DNA of 64,000 bases from an uncultured delta proteobacterium (GTDB lineage Bacteria; Desulfobacterota; Syntrophia; Syntrophales; UBA2192), in contig CAWDHZ010000036.1 in assembly GCA_963802225.1 (NCBI GenBank), forward strand, positions 79,343 to 143,342. The letters are read 5' to 3'. The translations under genes were made by a program, and so were the position numbers. The notes under the pieces were generated by a model. That model searched no databases. It was given only the letters and a program-made list of their open reading frames with translations, and had not been told where the DNA came from. This document shows positions 63,530-64,000 of the stretch, piece by piece. How positions within the stretch are numbered: position 1 is the first letter of the stretch; each line of letters opens with the position of its first letter.

Positions 63530-64000
63530 ATGGAAGAGAAACCCAAGATTGTCATCATACTGGGGCCGACGGCCGTCGGGAAGACGGGGCTTGCCCTGGA
63601 TGTGGCCTCGGCTTTTGACGGAGAGATCATCAGCGCCGATTCCATGCAGGTCTATCGGCACCTCGACATCGGCACCTCGAAGCCCACCCGCCAGGAGCAA
63701 GAGCGGGTACCCCAGCATCTCATCGACATCGTCAATCCCGACGAAGAGTTCAACGCGGCCCTGTTTCACAGCCTGGCCGACGCCGTCATCGGGAAACTCC
63801 AGGGGAAAAAAAACATCTTTGTCGCGGGGGGTACGGGGCTCTATATCCGGACCCTTACCGGGGGGATCATCGAGGGCCCGGGGCCCGACGAGGCCCTCCG
63901 AAAGGACTACCGGGATGCCCTGGAGAAGGAAGAAAGGGAAGCCCTTTACGGTCGTTTACGGAAGCTGGATCCCCGGGCGGCCGAGAGGATTCACCCCCAC
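63530..64000 (+). CDS. miaA: tRNA dimethylallyltransferase MiaA (partial, continues off the right edge)
   Basis: P-loop ILGPTAVGKT and SADSMQVYR.LDIGT.KP motifs. Confidence 0.9.
   Translation, partial: MEEKPKIVIILGPTAVGKTGLALDVASAFDGEIISADSMQVYRHLDIGTSKPTRQEQERVPQHLIDIVNPDEEFNAALFHSLADAVIGKLQGKKNIFVAGGTGLYIRTLTGGIIEGPGPDEALRKDYRDALEKEEREALYGRLRKLDPRAAERIHPH

Noticed and set aside
1-64000. Mobile genetic elements, prophage, defence islands, toxin-antitoxin or secretion-system clusters.
   Set aside because: No integrase, transposase, phage structural gene, restriction or cas-like gene, or tRNA-flanked island was seen. GC content and gene content are uniform and housekeeping. PIN-TRAM, RadC and macro genes occur singly in typical core-genome contexts.

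Overview
A 64-kb, roughly 60% GC, gene-dense chromosomal segment. From gene content it looks like core genome of an anaerobic delta-proteobacterium-like (Thermodesulfobacteriota/Syntrophobacterales-type) organism; that placement is inference only. I support about 63 protein-coding genes, nearly all housekeeping. They include a split archaeal-type glutamate synthase, a sigma-54 activator, a VIT-vWA protein, an ECF sigma/anti-sigma pair and an sCache protein plus MCP. Also mnmG, hisC, nadK, recN, mltA, HU, trpS-scpA-scpB-rluB, IHF-beta and an M50 protease. A metal block carries znuABC-zur, ccdA-tlpA, feoB-dtxR/feoA-fur and sufC-sufBD. The rest are ald, an ABC-F ATPase, cspA, a macro-domain gene, an iPGM homolog, pcm-nlpD, carD, a PIN-TRAM protein, ispD-ispF, a carboxyltransferase, pgk, truA, rmlD, mutL and miaA. 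By eye I saw no rRNA, tRNA, CRISPR array, transposase, integrase or prophage. Four things stand out. (1) The phosphoglycerate mutase homolog (48079..49659, minus strand) is a clean circular permutant of canonical cofactor-independent PGM. (2) About 20 intergenic spots, usually starting at or inside a stop codon, carry short degenerate tandem arrays of 7-11 nt words. The largest family is GGGT-heptads that meet the G3N4 G-quadruplex pattern, and the G-rich strand is the sense strand of the upstream transcript at all 9 arrays that follow a gene (the tenth, 5254..5284, is 5' of vWA). Some arrays form inverted composite elements. (3) Three genes (trpS, macro, nlpD) have single-base frameshifts; the macro and trpS shifts sit in short homopolymers and the nlpD window contains a C5 run. 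The trpS shift creates an artefactual-looking TrpRS-ScpA fusion ORF, so assembly indel errors are a real possibility throughout. (4) A stand-alone Fis-type HTH paralog of the adjacent sigma-54 activator's DNA-binding domain sits in an AT-rich region with palindromes. All functional calls come from reading motifs in the translated ORFs; no database search was run.
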